From the NCBI GenBank assembly GCA_008369845.1, contig MRSU01004998.1, forward strand, positions 1 through 51,953: a DNA stretch of 51,953 bases, written 5' to 3'. Of the stretch, positions 1-8,955 are shown piece after piece (positions within the stretch are counted from its first letter, which is position 1; the number at the start of each line of letters is the position of its first letter). The notes beneath the pieces were generated by a model that was given only the letters and a program-made list of their open reading frames with translations, was not told the origin of the DNA and made no database searches. The DNA comes from Trichomonas gallinae. Its lineage: Eukaryota. A program made the position numbers and the translations under genes.

Positions 1-22
1 TGAACCAAAATAGGTTAAAATC

Positions 23-765
23 ATGAAAAATAAAAACACGACGATAGACCGCTATTTGGCCGGAGCGGACCCTTAAAGAAGCATTTGGAATAACCGCCAA
101 ATGGTTGGAATAAGAATCTTTTATTGTGAGATTCCTGAGATCAACAAGTTCATTGAGAAATTCGAAATCGAAAACAAGAAACTTTCTTTCAGATCTGAAG
201 TTGATGAGCCTGGAAAGAGCATGCTACAATACGGCGACATTGACAGCGATTATGCACAAATTTTTGATAAAAGATCTTATATACAAGTTGCAGGTGGTGA
301 AAGACCTCTATATAGCTTCAATGTAAAATTCTCTATATGAAGGAACGACAATATCTTGTATCCCGGGTGATTACGATATTGCTCCATTCCAGCGGTGATT
401 TCCAAGAATGGAAACTAAGCCAACTACAACAACAGTCTCCGATGAATCAGAATTTTGTTAAGCGAGTTCCTATGAGCCAGCTTCTTCAGTATCATCAACA
501 ATTACCTCAAATGCAATCTCCATCGTTCTATCAACAACAAATGCCACAATTTGGTTTTATGACAATGAATCCAGTGCAGTTTCCGATGCAACCTCAGATG
601 CAGCCACCAATGCAGCAACTAATAAAAAACCAATGCAGCAACAGATGCAGCAGAATTATTTCGGGTTCAATCCAAATTATCAAAATCCAAACCAAAATCA
701 ATACCAAACTTTCGGGTTTCAAAACAGCTCTCAAATGTTATATTTGTTTTATTTATATTATTTAA
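23..765 (+). pseudogene. Disrupted gene for a protein with a Gln/Pro/Asn-rich C-terminal tail
   Basis: ATG at 23 is in frame with ORF 101..340 but interrupted by TAA at 74-76. The reading frame changes around 325-396. A 1-bp deletion in a 12-bp repeat unit (622-632) shifts the MQ-rich tail; the other frame continues PMQQQMQQNYFGFNPNYQNPNQNQYQ. Confidence 0.6.
586..656 (+). repeat. Degenerate 12-bp coding tandem repeat (ATGCARCNNCNN; MQxx), six units, one shortened to 11 bp
   Basis: Units atgcaacctcag / atgcagccacca / atgcagcaacta / ataaaaaacca / atgcagcaacag / atgcagcagaat. Confidence 0.75.
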
Positions 766-871
766 TAAAATATTTTTTTCTTAAATCTAGAAACTACTGT
801 TTTTGATTTGCGCAAAAGATGTAGGATACCATTGTATGAATAAATATTGCAGTAAAAGCAGCAAATGTTGA

Positions 872-879
872 AGCCGTTA
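872..879 (+). promoter_or_regulatory. M3-like (Myb-type) trichomonad core promoter element
   Basis: AGCCGTTA fits DRCSGYTD, ending 16 nt before the ATG at 895. Confidence 0.4.
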
Positions 880-894
880 ATTTCCAAATAAAAA

Positions 895-3894
895 ATGTTT
901 GATTCTTCAGGCTGCGAGGGAACCCAATCGGAGACTTTGCAGACGGACTTTGCATCCGATGCGCAGTCTTCTTGCGATCAGCTGAAAGAAGAAAACGCGA
1001 ATTTGATTAAACAGAATAGTTTATTAAAAGCTCAATTTGATACGGCGGTTTCTCTTGCATCTAAGACAGAGGAACTTAGTAAGGAAAACGTTTCGCTGAA
1101 AAATTTAGTGGTAGATCTGAAATCTGAGAAAGAAGATTTACTAAACCGTCTTGAAATCGCAAATAAAGCGCAAAAAGAGGCAATTAAAAAGTTAGAAGAG
1201 CAAAAGAAGCATTATGAGCAAATGCGCGCAAACGAGCTCTTTGAGATTCAAAAAGAAATGAATTTAACTAAAAATTCTTGGCAAACAACACAAAACGAGT
1301 TGAACAAACAGATACAAGACCTTGAAGAAAAGTTGAATTCATACCAGATTTCCGAGGAAATCATGAAACAAAAGATGCAAAAATTAATTTTGAACGTTAA
1401 CCATTATTTATCGATCAATTTGACTGAATTTACAGATTTATTCGAATTCTTCGACTCCCAACAGCCTTTAAATCCACCAATTCAACCATCAGCAAAAATT
1501 GATTTTCAAGATGATGAAATTGTTAAAAAACTTCGAAATAAGAACAAGAAAATCAAATCAGTTTTACTCACAATGCAGAAGAATGCCGAATTCCTTGAAG
1601 ATCAGCAGAGAAATAAGCAAATTCAATTCGATAAAAGGGAAAAAGAACTCCAGGCCGAGATTTCAAGGCTTAAAGACATCTATTGGAACAAAGAGGACGA
1701 GTACAAACTAGAAATTGAGGAATTAAAGGGCCAAAATTCAATTTTGGAAGCAAAAATAAAAGTGCTTCAAGAAAAAGCTTCTAAAACACCACAAAGACCA
1801 GCACCACAGATAGTTATACAAAGCCCAGTGAAACAATTAGAAAAAGCCGAAAGCAAAGAAAAATCAGATAAACCGAAGTGCAAAGCAATTATAAACGGGC
1901 TTAAAGAACAGATTAAAAAGCTTCTCACGCAACAAAAGGCATCAAATTCCAAAATATCAGAATTAACACATAAAATCGACGAAAATGATCAAAATATCAT
2001 TAATTTAAGTTCACAAATCACGAAATTACAGAGTGAGAATCAAACAAAGTCAAAATTGTTGGATGAATCAGAGCAACAACTTAAAATCCTTCGAAATAAT
2101 TTTTCGAATTCTGAAAAGAATTATAAAGACGTGATAAAGACACAAGAGTTGCAGATTAAAAAGCAGCAGCAGTCAATATCAACACTGGAGAAAACAAAAG
2201 AAGTGTTAAGGAAAGAAATCGTCGAAAATCAAATCAAAATTACAGATTTAGAGCAAAATAGCCAAAAACTCAGTAGAGAAGTTGATCAGAAAACAAACCA
2301 AATCGAAGAATTAAATTATCAAATTAAGAATCTCAACGAAAATTTAATAGATTGCAAACTTGAACTTCAAAAGCCAGAAATCACAGAAGCAGACATTGTT
2401 CCACCATCCTCATGGAAGATTTCTCACTTCGACAAAGAGCTGCAAGATAAATTGAACGTAATTATTGGAAATCCGTCATTAAAGGCAGGATCAAAGATTC
2501 AAGCTGTTTTATCAGCTATACCGGACTATTATAACGGCGTAATTAATCAAATAGACGACGAAATGCAAAAAATTAATTTCCATAATAACCAAAGATTCAC
2601 GATTCTTAATGATTTTATTGTCTCATTGGCTATTATATTATCAGGAACCTCTGTGACAATCGAAGACATCATTTCTGGAAAAGGAAATGAAATAATTTCT
2701 AAAATCAAAGATAATCAGGAGAAAATCTCTGCTCTTAGCAGAGAAAATTCTGATTTACAGCAGAAAATCGGATCAATCTGCAGCTCTTTTGGTGGCCGCT
2801 TCAACACTGTTGAGGATGCTGCCGCTTTCGCGTCTTCTGTTTTGGTGAGATTCGAAGCCAAAATTGAGCGGCTGAGCAAGCGAAAGAAGAGTTTGGTGAA
2901 AGCTTTGTCTGCATACGAGGACAGAAACAAAGATATGGAACAAGAGCTGTCAAGACTTCGTCTGGAAGCAGAGACAGCGAAAGAAGAAACAGAAAAACTG
3001 TCCAAAGCAGCCGAAACACTGAAGGCGGAGAACAGCTCCTTGAGGAAGAAAGTCTCTGCAGTAGAAAGAGCTGGAATTGAAGCAGAGCAAAGGTACAGCG
3101 CTGACTTGGACAGCAAGTATGACGAATACGCAGAAAAGATCAGGGAGGTCGAAGAGATGAGGCTGGCGGAGAACTCTAAGCACGAAGAAGAAATCACAAA
3201 TCTCCGCAGCGAGCTGAAGGCTGCGAAAGACAAGATTTCTGAGCTATCGCTGAAGCAGAAGAACAGCGACACGCAGTCATCGCTTCAGATTGAGATGCAC
3301 ACAGAGGAGTTGAATAGGGAGAAGACGAAGCTCGCCAAGGAAGTCGACAGGCTGAAGGGCGAAAAGTCGGCTCTACAGGACGGATTCGAAAACTCAATCA
3401 ACGAATTTCAGAAGAAACTGACATCATCAGCTTCAGAGATTAATGACCTCAGCACTCTTTGCTCAGAGCTGCAGCAGAAGCTGAGCAAATCCAATGAGAT
3501 GCTGGCTCAGGCTGAGGAGAAGAATGATTCGCTCACAAAGCGTCTGAAGGTAATGGAGGAGGAAATCGGCCGCGAAAAGCAGCTCTTGCATGCCACAGCT
3601 ATCGCAAAAGAGCAGGAGTGCGAATCGAAGATAAATGACATTGCAGGCAAGGAGAAGCTGAAGATAGAATCAGAAAAGAGGAAGATATTCAGCATTGCAG
3701 CGACGACTCTCAGCAACTTGTTTGAGACGACATCGAAGCTTGACGAGCGTTCTTTCAAGAATTTGATGTCGAAGGCGAAAGAGTCAATCGAAAAACTGTC
3801 CAACTCAGACACAGCAGTCAGGAGGCTTGTAAATGCATCGCCTGGGCAGCTGACAGAAGATGCTGTTGCGAAGTTTGTCTACAAAGTTGATTGA
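895..3894 (+). CDS. Long coiled-coil protein (999 aa), function unknown
   Basis: Intact ORF; E/K/Q/L-rich heptads over most of the length; no catalytic motif seen. Confidence 0.85.
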   Translation: MFDSSGCEGTQSETLQTDFASDAQSSCDQLKEENANLIKQNSLLKAQFDTAVSLASKTEELSKENVSLKNLVVDLKSEKEDLLNRLEIANKAQKEAIKKLEEQKKHYEQMRANELFEIQKEMNLTKNSWQTTQNELNKQIQDLEEKLNSYQISEEIMKQKMQKLILNVNHYLSINLTEFTDLFEFFDSQQPLNPPIQPSAKIDFQDDEIVKKLRNKNKKIKSVLLTMQKNAEFLEDQQRNKQIQFDKREKELQAEISRLKDIYWNKEDEYKLEIEELKGQNSILEAKIKVLQEKASKTPQRPAPQIVIQSPVKQLEKAESKEKSDKPKCKAIINGLKEQIKKLLTQQKASNSKISELTHKIDENDQNIINLSSQITKLQSENQTKSKLLDESEQQLKILRNNFSNSEKNYKDVIKTQELQIKKQQQSISTLEKTKEVLRKEIVENQIKITDLEQNSQKLSREVDQKTNQIEELNYQIKNLNENLIDCKLELQKPEITEADIVPPSSWKISHFDKELQDKLNVIIGNPSLKAGSKIQAVLSAIPDYYNGVINQIDDEMQKINFHNNQRFTILNDFIVSLAIILSGTSVTIEDIISGKGNEIISKIKDNQEKISALSRENSDLQQKIGSICSSFGGRFNTVEDAAAFASSVLVRFEAKIERLSKRKKSLVKALSAYEDRNKDMEQELSRLRLEAETAKEETEKLSKAAETLKAENSSLRKKVSAVERAGIEAEQRYSADLDSKYDEYAEKIREVEEMRLAENSKHEEEITNLRSELKAAKDKISELSLKQKNSDTQSSLQIEMHTEELNREKTKLAKEVDRLKGEKSALQDGFENSINEFQKKLTSSASEINDLSTLCSELQQKLSKSNEMLAQAEEKNDSLTKRLKVMEEEIGREKQLLHATAIAKEQECESKINDIAGKEKLKIESEKRKIFSIAATTLSNLFETTSKLDERSFKNLMSKAKESIEKLSNSDTAVRRLVNASPGQLTEDAVAKFVYKVD

Positions 3895-3971
3895 TTAGTA
3901 TATTAAAAATTTTGTTTGTTTTTATGAGAATTGAAACAAAAAACACAAAAAAAGTTTTACTACAAAAAACA

Positions 3972-6900
3972 TTATGAGTAGATTTCCGAAATTTCCTGCA
4001 TTGCTAAGATGGAAACTTCGTCATTGTTCGAGGAAACAAGATCTGAGACATAGTTCTTCAGCTTGGATATAATCTTCGGTTTGTTTTGGATCGCCAACAT
4101 AGCAGGAATGCAATGAACGTTTCCAACAAAGAGTTTCTCGCATACTCTTTCAACAACATCATCATCGAAATCTGTTTTCTCCTTCTTCAAAACAGCGTCG
4201 GTGCATTTCAGAAGCATGTTTTCTGGGAACTTCGCAATAACCTCTGATGGGATTCCTTCAGAATAGATTCCAAAAGAAGCCATGTCGAGAACAAGTTCAA
4301 CAAAGCAGTCTTCTTTTACTTCATTGGAAGACTTGCTTATTGCGGAGACGCTTTCCTGAAGTTTCTGATAGATTCTTTCATCTCTCTCATTAACAAGATC
4401 CTTAACATGCGACAGGGCCAGTGCCGCAAGTCTTGGAGTGAGTGTTAACTTCAGAATTTCCGGCAAGAATTTGACAACAGTAGATTTGGAGCCATCAACA
4501 TGAGTGAAGCCTAGATATGTCGGGAAGAAGAGGTCAGCATTCTCACTGTTAATGAAGTGTGCACAGAAATGAGCAACTCCAAACGCAGTCTTCGGCTGTC
4601 CGATGTCCGCGTTCGACATGATGTATGAAAGGGCATTTTTCGACTTTGAACTCAGAATTTCTTTCGAGCAGACGGAAAATGCAACTTTCTTCAGCTCTTC
4701 GCTCTTTGAAGAGTAGTAAATTAGTAGTAGTGCGCATGCTATTGACATCCTTTCGTCATCCGTCGCATGAACTTTGACGATATTTGATGCTATTAGGATC
4801 AGTTTATCTTCGCTGTTCTTGAATAGCATCTCAGCAATGACAGAGGCAGTTGAGTGAACAACTTTTTCGATATGCGCTAAGTCATTGACTATCTGTGTGT
4901 TTTTGAGGAGCTGCAGAATGAAGCCACGCGTGTTCCTTTCGCTGAGAACTGAAAGGAGCTTCTCCGACCACGGGAATCTTTTGCTCATCGAATCTGCCGT
5001 GACTGAGTCCAGCGGTGGCAATTTCGTCATCACGCTGATTATGTTGGCAAGAAGTTCAGTGAACTGCTGATGTCCTTTTAGAGACATGTCTCTGCAGAAC
5101 TCGAAGCAATGCATCAGGAAATCGTCGCCTGTTTGCTTAAGAAAATCGCAAACACGCGGAGGCCTTCCTTGGATTTCTTTGACGCATTTGAACACTGCGA
5201 GGGCTGCATCGAGGCTTTGCTGCATCAAATTGTGTGAGCAGGCGAGGATGCAACAGATCACTTGTGGCAGCTTCGGGATTTTAGTCTCCTGTGTGATCAC
5301 TGATGAGTAGAGAAGAGAGAGGAAGCTTGCAATGTTGTGCATCTCTTTACTCCTGGCTGGAATGAAGCACCATAACAGCTGCACAAATGTTTCAGCTGAT
5401 GGAAGCCTCTTCTGTATGGCAATGAGAAGGTTCTGCGTTTCACCGAAAATTTCGATCTGCGTGAGATTGATTATAAGCTGCTGGGAGCGGAAAACATTTT
5501 CGATGAGCATCTGGACGTTCGCTCTCTGAACTTCTGCTGCAACAATAATTAAGCTCTTCAGGCAGACGAGGACCATCTGCATGAACACTTTATGGTTTGT
5601 ATTGTTGAAGCAGCCTACAGCATACTCGAAGAAAAAGTTGAAGCTGTGCGTGATGGAGAAGTTCGACGCCTTGGCCAGTCTGCATGCTTCAGTCACTGCC
5701 ATCAAAATCCCTGACGCGTTGACATTCTTTTGAACGACAGCCTTCTGCAAGAGTTTCAGCGATGCGCGTGCAACGGATTCTCCTTCTGATGGATAAGAGT
5801 GTGCACAGCAGTGCTGCACAATGGCAACTGTGAATGTGTCAATGTTCACTGTTTTCAGGAATGTGATGACAGTCTGCGGGTTTTGAGAGAGAATCTTCGA
5901 GACTAATTCTGCGGAACTGTCAGTGTGCTCGAGTGTCTCAAGCAGTCGAGTGACGAAATTCGCTGATGTCTCAGCAGGAAAATGTTGCGAAAGGAGGCAT
6001 AAGACTTCGATGCAGTTCTTGTGATGGTCCTTTATTGCCTTGTTTACTATTTCACTGATGGCAACAGAAGACAAAGAAATCTGGAAGTGCCTGTCATTAA
6101 GAGCAGTGATGATCTTGTCTATGAGAGATAAATAGTTGTTATCTTCGCTTTCTGTGAAAATGTCTTCTGTTGTTGCAAGAGGGAATGTGTAGATGACAAG
6201 AAGGTGGAGGACTCTGAAGATTGGCTTTTGGAACTTGTTCATAGAAAGCAGGAAGCTGAAGATGTATAGGAGAAGAAGAGATTTCTCCTGAATGGATCTG
6301 CGAATCAAGGCAGACACAAATGGATGATTCATTTCCTCTGAGTTTAATTTCTTTATGCTGAGCTCCTCAGAACTGTCCGAAATCTCGCAAATCAAGTAAG
6401 AAAGATGAGGAATCAGGCTGGAAAACTCGAAAATGGCGTCGCAGCAGAAATCAAGAATGTATTGCTTGTTCGGAGTCGAGATGAGGTCATCTATGTAACT
6501 ATCTTTCTCATTCTGATTCAGTATAACATTTATCATGAATGGAAGCATTTTGGTGGCAAAATTACGTGAAATTGCAACATTTTTGATAATTGTTGTACAG
6601 AGTCTTAAGTAAATAAGTGAATTTGCAGTTATTTTTGGTATGTATTCAACAATATTTTCTATAATTATATCTTTTTCATCATTGTTAGTTAAAATTAATT
6701 GTTCAAGAAGTAAAATATTGCAAAATCTCTTTCCACCTGATAAAGAATTGATTATTTCTTGGATTATGATTTGTGAATGTAGTTTAATTAGCTTGTTGAA
6801 TGCGGAAATCACTTGATTAATTTGATTATCATAATTAACTTCATTCTGCTTAAGTGCTGTGCCTGATTCGAACTCATTGAACAAATATGATACGATGAGA

Positions 6901-7667
6901 TGAATATTGTGCTCATATGACAAGTCAATCAAAATGTCGTAAAATTCCGGCGTATTCTTGTAAAGTATTGATAAATTTTCGATTAATCGCTGCAGAATCT
7001 CATTCGAGTTTAAGATGCATGAATTTTTTGAAATCAGATGAATTAAATTTTTTGAACAAATCAGATAATTTTTCTTTCGCGTCATTATCAGCTGATTCAC
7101 AATTGTGTAGAAGAACTCAATAATAAGAACTGTTTCATACTCGATGTACTTTGAAATTTCTGAAAATAAATGAACAATCACATCAAATTGAAAGCTATTC
7201 ATAATATTTTTGTGCGTCGATAAGTATTTTTCGAGTGATTCAGCATGAAACTTGGCGCATTTTGATAATGTGATGATTTCTGCTTCAGATGAAAACTGTA
7301 ATTGGTCAATAATATCAGCCTTTGCATTATCTGATATATAATTTTCACAAAGATTATCCCACTCTCTTAGCACGATGTCTGTATTTTGATTAGAAGCTAA
7401 TTTCTGAAGATTTAAAAAAGTTTGCAAACTTGAGCTCTGATTCATCTCATTAAAGCACGATGAAAAGAGCGACATCCAAGTTGCAAGCTCTTTCTCTGAA
7501 GGATTTGGATTAGAATTTTGGACATTTGATAAGAATGACATGCATTCTTTAGGATTGCTTGCGCAAATCTTCCTCAATGAATTCCGTGCGACTCTTGCCA
7601 CATTCTCCTCACGAAGTGTCGCGGCCTTGTAAAGTTTCGCGACGATTTCGCTCAGTTCATCAGTCAT
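3972..7667 (-). CDS. Alpha-solenoid (HEAT/ARM-like) protein, 1231 aa; N-terminus reminiscent of MROH1-type proteins
   Basis: Intact ORF, uniformly helical amphipathic composition. The N-terminal IVAKLYKAATLREENVARVARNSLRKICASNP looks like a HEAT unit. The MROH link is tentative. Confidence 0.6.
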   Translation of the reverse strand: MTDELSEIVAKLYKAATLREENVARVARNSLRKICASNPKECMSFLSNVQNSNPNPSEKELATWMSLFSSCFNEMNQSSSLQTFLNLQKLASNQNTDIVLREWDNLCENYISDNAKADIIDQLQFSSEAEIITLSKCAKFHAESLEKYLSTHKNIMNSFQFDVIVHLFSEISKYIEYETVLIIEFFYTIVNQLIMTRKKNYLICSKNLIHLISKNSCILNSNEILQRLIENLSILYKNTPEFYDILIDLSYEHNIHLIVSYLFNEFESGTALKQNEVNYDNQINQVISAFNKLIKLHSQIIIQEIINSLSGGKRFCNILLLEQLILTNNDEKDIIIENIVEYIPKITANSLIYLRLCTTIIKNVAISRNFATKMLPFMINVILNQNEKDSYIDDLISTPNKQYILDFCCDAIFEFSSLIPHLSYLICEISDSSEELSIKKLNSEEMNHPFVSALIRRSIQEKSLLLLYIFSFLLSMNKFQKPIFRVLHLLVIYTFPLATTEDIFTESEDNNYLSLIDKIITALNDRHFQISLSSVAISEIVNKAIKDHHKNCIEVLCLLSQHFPAETSANFVTRLLETLEHTDSSAELVSKILSQNPQTVITFLKTVNIDTFTVAIVQHCCAHSYPSEGESVARASLKLLQKAVVQKNVNASGILMAVTEACRLAKASNFSITHSFNFFFEYAVGCFNNTNHKVFMQMVLVCLKSLIIVAAEVQRANVQMLIENVFRSQQLIINLTQIEIFGETQNLLIAIQKRLPSAETFVQLLWCFIPARSKEMHNIASFLSLLYSSVITQETKIPKLPQVICCILACSHNLMQQSLDAALAVFKCVKEIQGRPPRVCDFLKQTGDDFLMHCFEFCRDMSLKGHQQFTELLANIISVMTKLPPLDSVTADSMSKRFPWSEKLLSVLSERNTRGFILQLLKNTQIVNDLAHIEKVVHSTASVIAEMLFKNSEDKLILIASNIVKVHATDDERMSIACALLLIYYSSKSEELKKVAFSVCSKEILSSKSKNALSYIMSNADIGQPKTAFGVAHFCAHFINSENADLFFPTYLGFTHVDGSKSTVVKFLPEILKLTLTPRLAALALSHVKDLVNERDERIYQKLQESVSAISKSSNEVKEDCFVELVLDMASFGIYSEGIPSEVIAKFPENMLLKCTDAVLKKEKTDFDDDVVERVCEKLFVGNVHCIPAMLAIQNKPKIISKLKNYVSDLVSSNNDEVSILAMQEISEIYS

Positions 7668-7980
7668 TCAAAAAATTGTATCTGTCGTGTCAAAAAATTT
7701 TACTTTACAACCATTCAAAAGGGAAAATTTTAACGTTTACTTTTTTTATCATGTTCGCCTGTAATTCCTGTAGTTTTGGGTAAACGCTTTGCCACTGTCA
7801 GAGCTAACGTTCCTGCCATTATTTTGCCAATTTAATTCATATTTTCATCTATCGAGTTAATCTGACAGAATGCTCAACAAGCTGCGCGGTTTTACAATTT
7901 GCACTGCATTTTATTTTATGTGATATATATCGCTCAAAAATGTTTTATAAAATATTATTCTGTAATAAAATAATATTCTA

Positions 7981-8766
7981 TTATTTGTTGAGATATGCGA
8001 TTAATTCTTGTACTGATTGAAAGGCTAAATATCCTGAGTCAATTTGAGATAGAATGCTTAGATACAGTTCGTTATCTGGTGGAAATAGTTTTTTAAAGAG
8101 CATTATCTGGATATAAATTTTATCAAGAATGTTCATATTGAGAACTCCATTGTTTAAAGAAGTAAGAAAATCAATAAACTCTTCTAATTCAGTTTTTGTT
8201 TTAGATTCTTTTCTTTCAATATGCTCTTCTTTTTGAAAAGACTCTTTTTCACCAGATGATTTATCAATTGGATCTATATTTCGTGACACAGTCTTTTCCA
8301 TTATGTTGATCTCCAAAATTTGTTTTTTTGTATCTTCTTCTAATTTTGGAACTGGTGGAAGCTTTTGCTTATTACGATGGTGATGGTGGCGATGATGCTT
8401 CGGAGAAGTATTTGAATTCAGAAGTAATTTGATTATTTTACGGAATTTTCTCAATGATGATCTACAAATGATTAACTGACGTAAAATCATGAGATATTTC
8501 AGTGTTTCTTGTGTTTGAACAAGGGTTCCTCTTTCATGGAGTTTTAACACATTGGCATAGAACTGTGCAGCACTTTTGTAGAAGTTTTTATTTCTCTGGT
8601 CAATCATAATCTCAAGGTTTTTCAGAAATTTATTCGGATCAATATCAGATAAATTTTGTTTAGCGTAACTTCTTCTAAATCTATAAAAATCTAAACTTTC
8701 TTCCCACTCCCTGACAATTTTGCTAATACTCGATACTTCAAAAGGGTCAGGAAGAAAATGAGTCAT
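7981..8766 (-). CDS. Hypothetical protein (261 aa), His/Lys-rich central patch
   Basis: The ORF-track start at 8889 runs through the tRNA. The first ATG after the tRNA terminator is at 8766 (MTHFLPDPF) and is preceded by an M3-like motif. Confidence 0.7.
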   Translation of the reverse strand: MTHFLPDPFEVSSISKIVREWEESLDFYRFRRSYAKQNLSDIDPNKFLKNLEIMIDQRNKNFYKSAAQFYANVLKLHERGTLVQTQETLKYLMILRQLIICRSSLRKFRKIIKLLLNSNTSPKHHRHHHHRNKQKLPPVPKLEEDTKKQILEINIMEKTVSRNIDPIDKSSGEKESFQKEEHIERKESKTKTELEEFIDFLTSLNNGVLNMNILDKIYIQIMLFKKLFPPDNELYLSILSQIDSGYLAFQSVQELIAYLNK

Positions 8767-8773
8767 TAATTCA

Positions 8774-8781
8774 AAACGGTT
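8774..8781 (-). promoter_or_regulatory. M3-like core promoter element of the 261-aa gene
   Basis: AACCGTTT on the minus strand just upstream of ATG 8766. Confidence 0.4.
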
Positions 8782-8793
8782 TTTAAAAAATGG

Positions 8794-8805
8794 AAAAAGA
8801 AAAAA
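8794..8805 (-). terminator. RNA polymerase III terminator (T6-C-T5)
   Basis: TTTTTTCTTTTT immediately 3' of the tRNA discriminator base. Confidence 0.75.
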
Positions 8806-8887
8806 TGGTACCAATGGGATTTGAACCCATGCACCTCTCGGTAGTGGGACTTGAATCCACCGCCTTGGACCGCTCGGCCATAGTACC
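8806..8887 (-). tRNA. tRNA-Leu (anticodon CAA), 82 nt, long variable arm, no intron, CCA not encoded
   Basis: GGTACTA/TGGTACC acceptor stem; TGGCCGAGCGGTCCAAGG D-arm (A box); anticodon loop TT-CAA-GT; variable arm TACCGAGAGGTG; T-arm ATGGG-TTCAAAT-CCCAT; discriminator A. Confidence 0.95.
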
Positions 8888-8943
8888 ATGACATATATGC
8901 TGGAAGAAAAAGTCTTTGTAACGAATTTTCCGTTTGATGAGGT

Positions 8944-8951
8944 GACCGTTT
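8944..8951 (+). promoter_or_regulatory. M3-like core promoter element of SMC4
   Basis: GACCGTTT directly upstream of AAAAATG at 8956. Confidence 0.4.
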
Positions 8952-8955
8952 AAAA

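Noticed and set aside
1499..3812. Antisense and alternate-frame ORFs inside the coiled-coil gene (likewise those inside SMC4, the LRR, USP and giant genes)
   Set aside because: S/F/L-rich shadows of E/K-rich sense codons, with no independent motifs.
895..3894. Myosin, SMC or viral inclusion-protein identity for the coiled-coil proteins
   Set aside because: No motor or ATPase motifs; any such similarity would be compositional.
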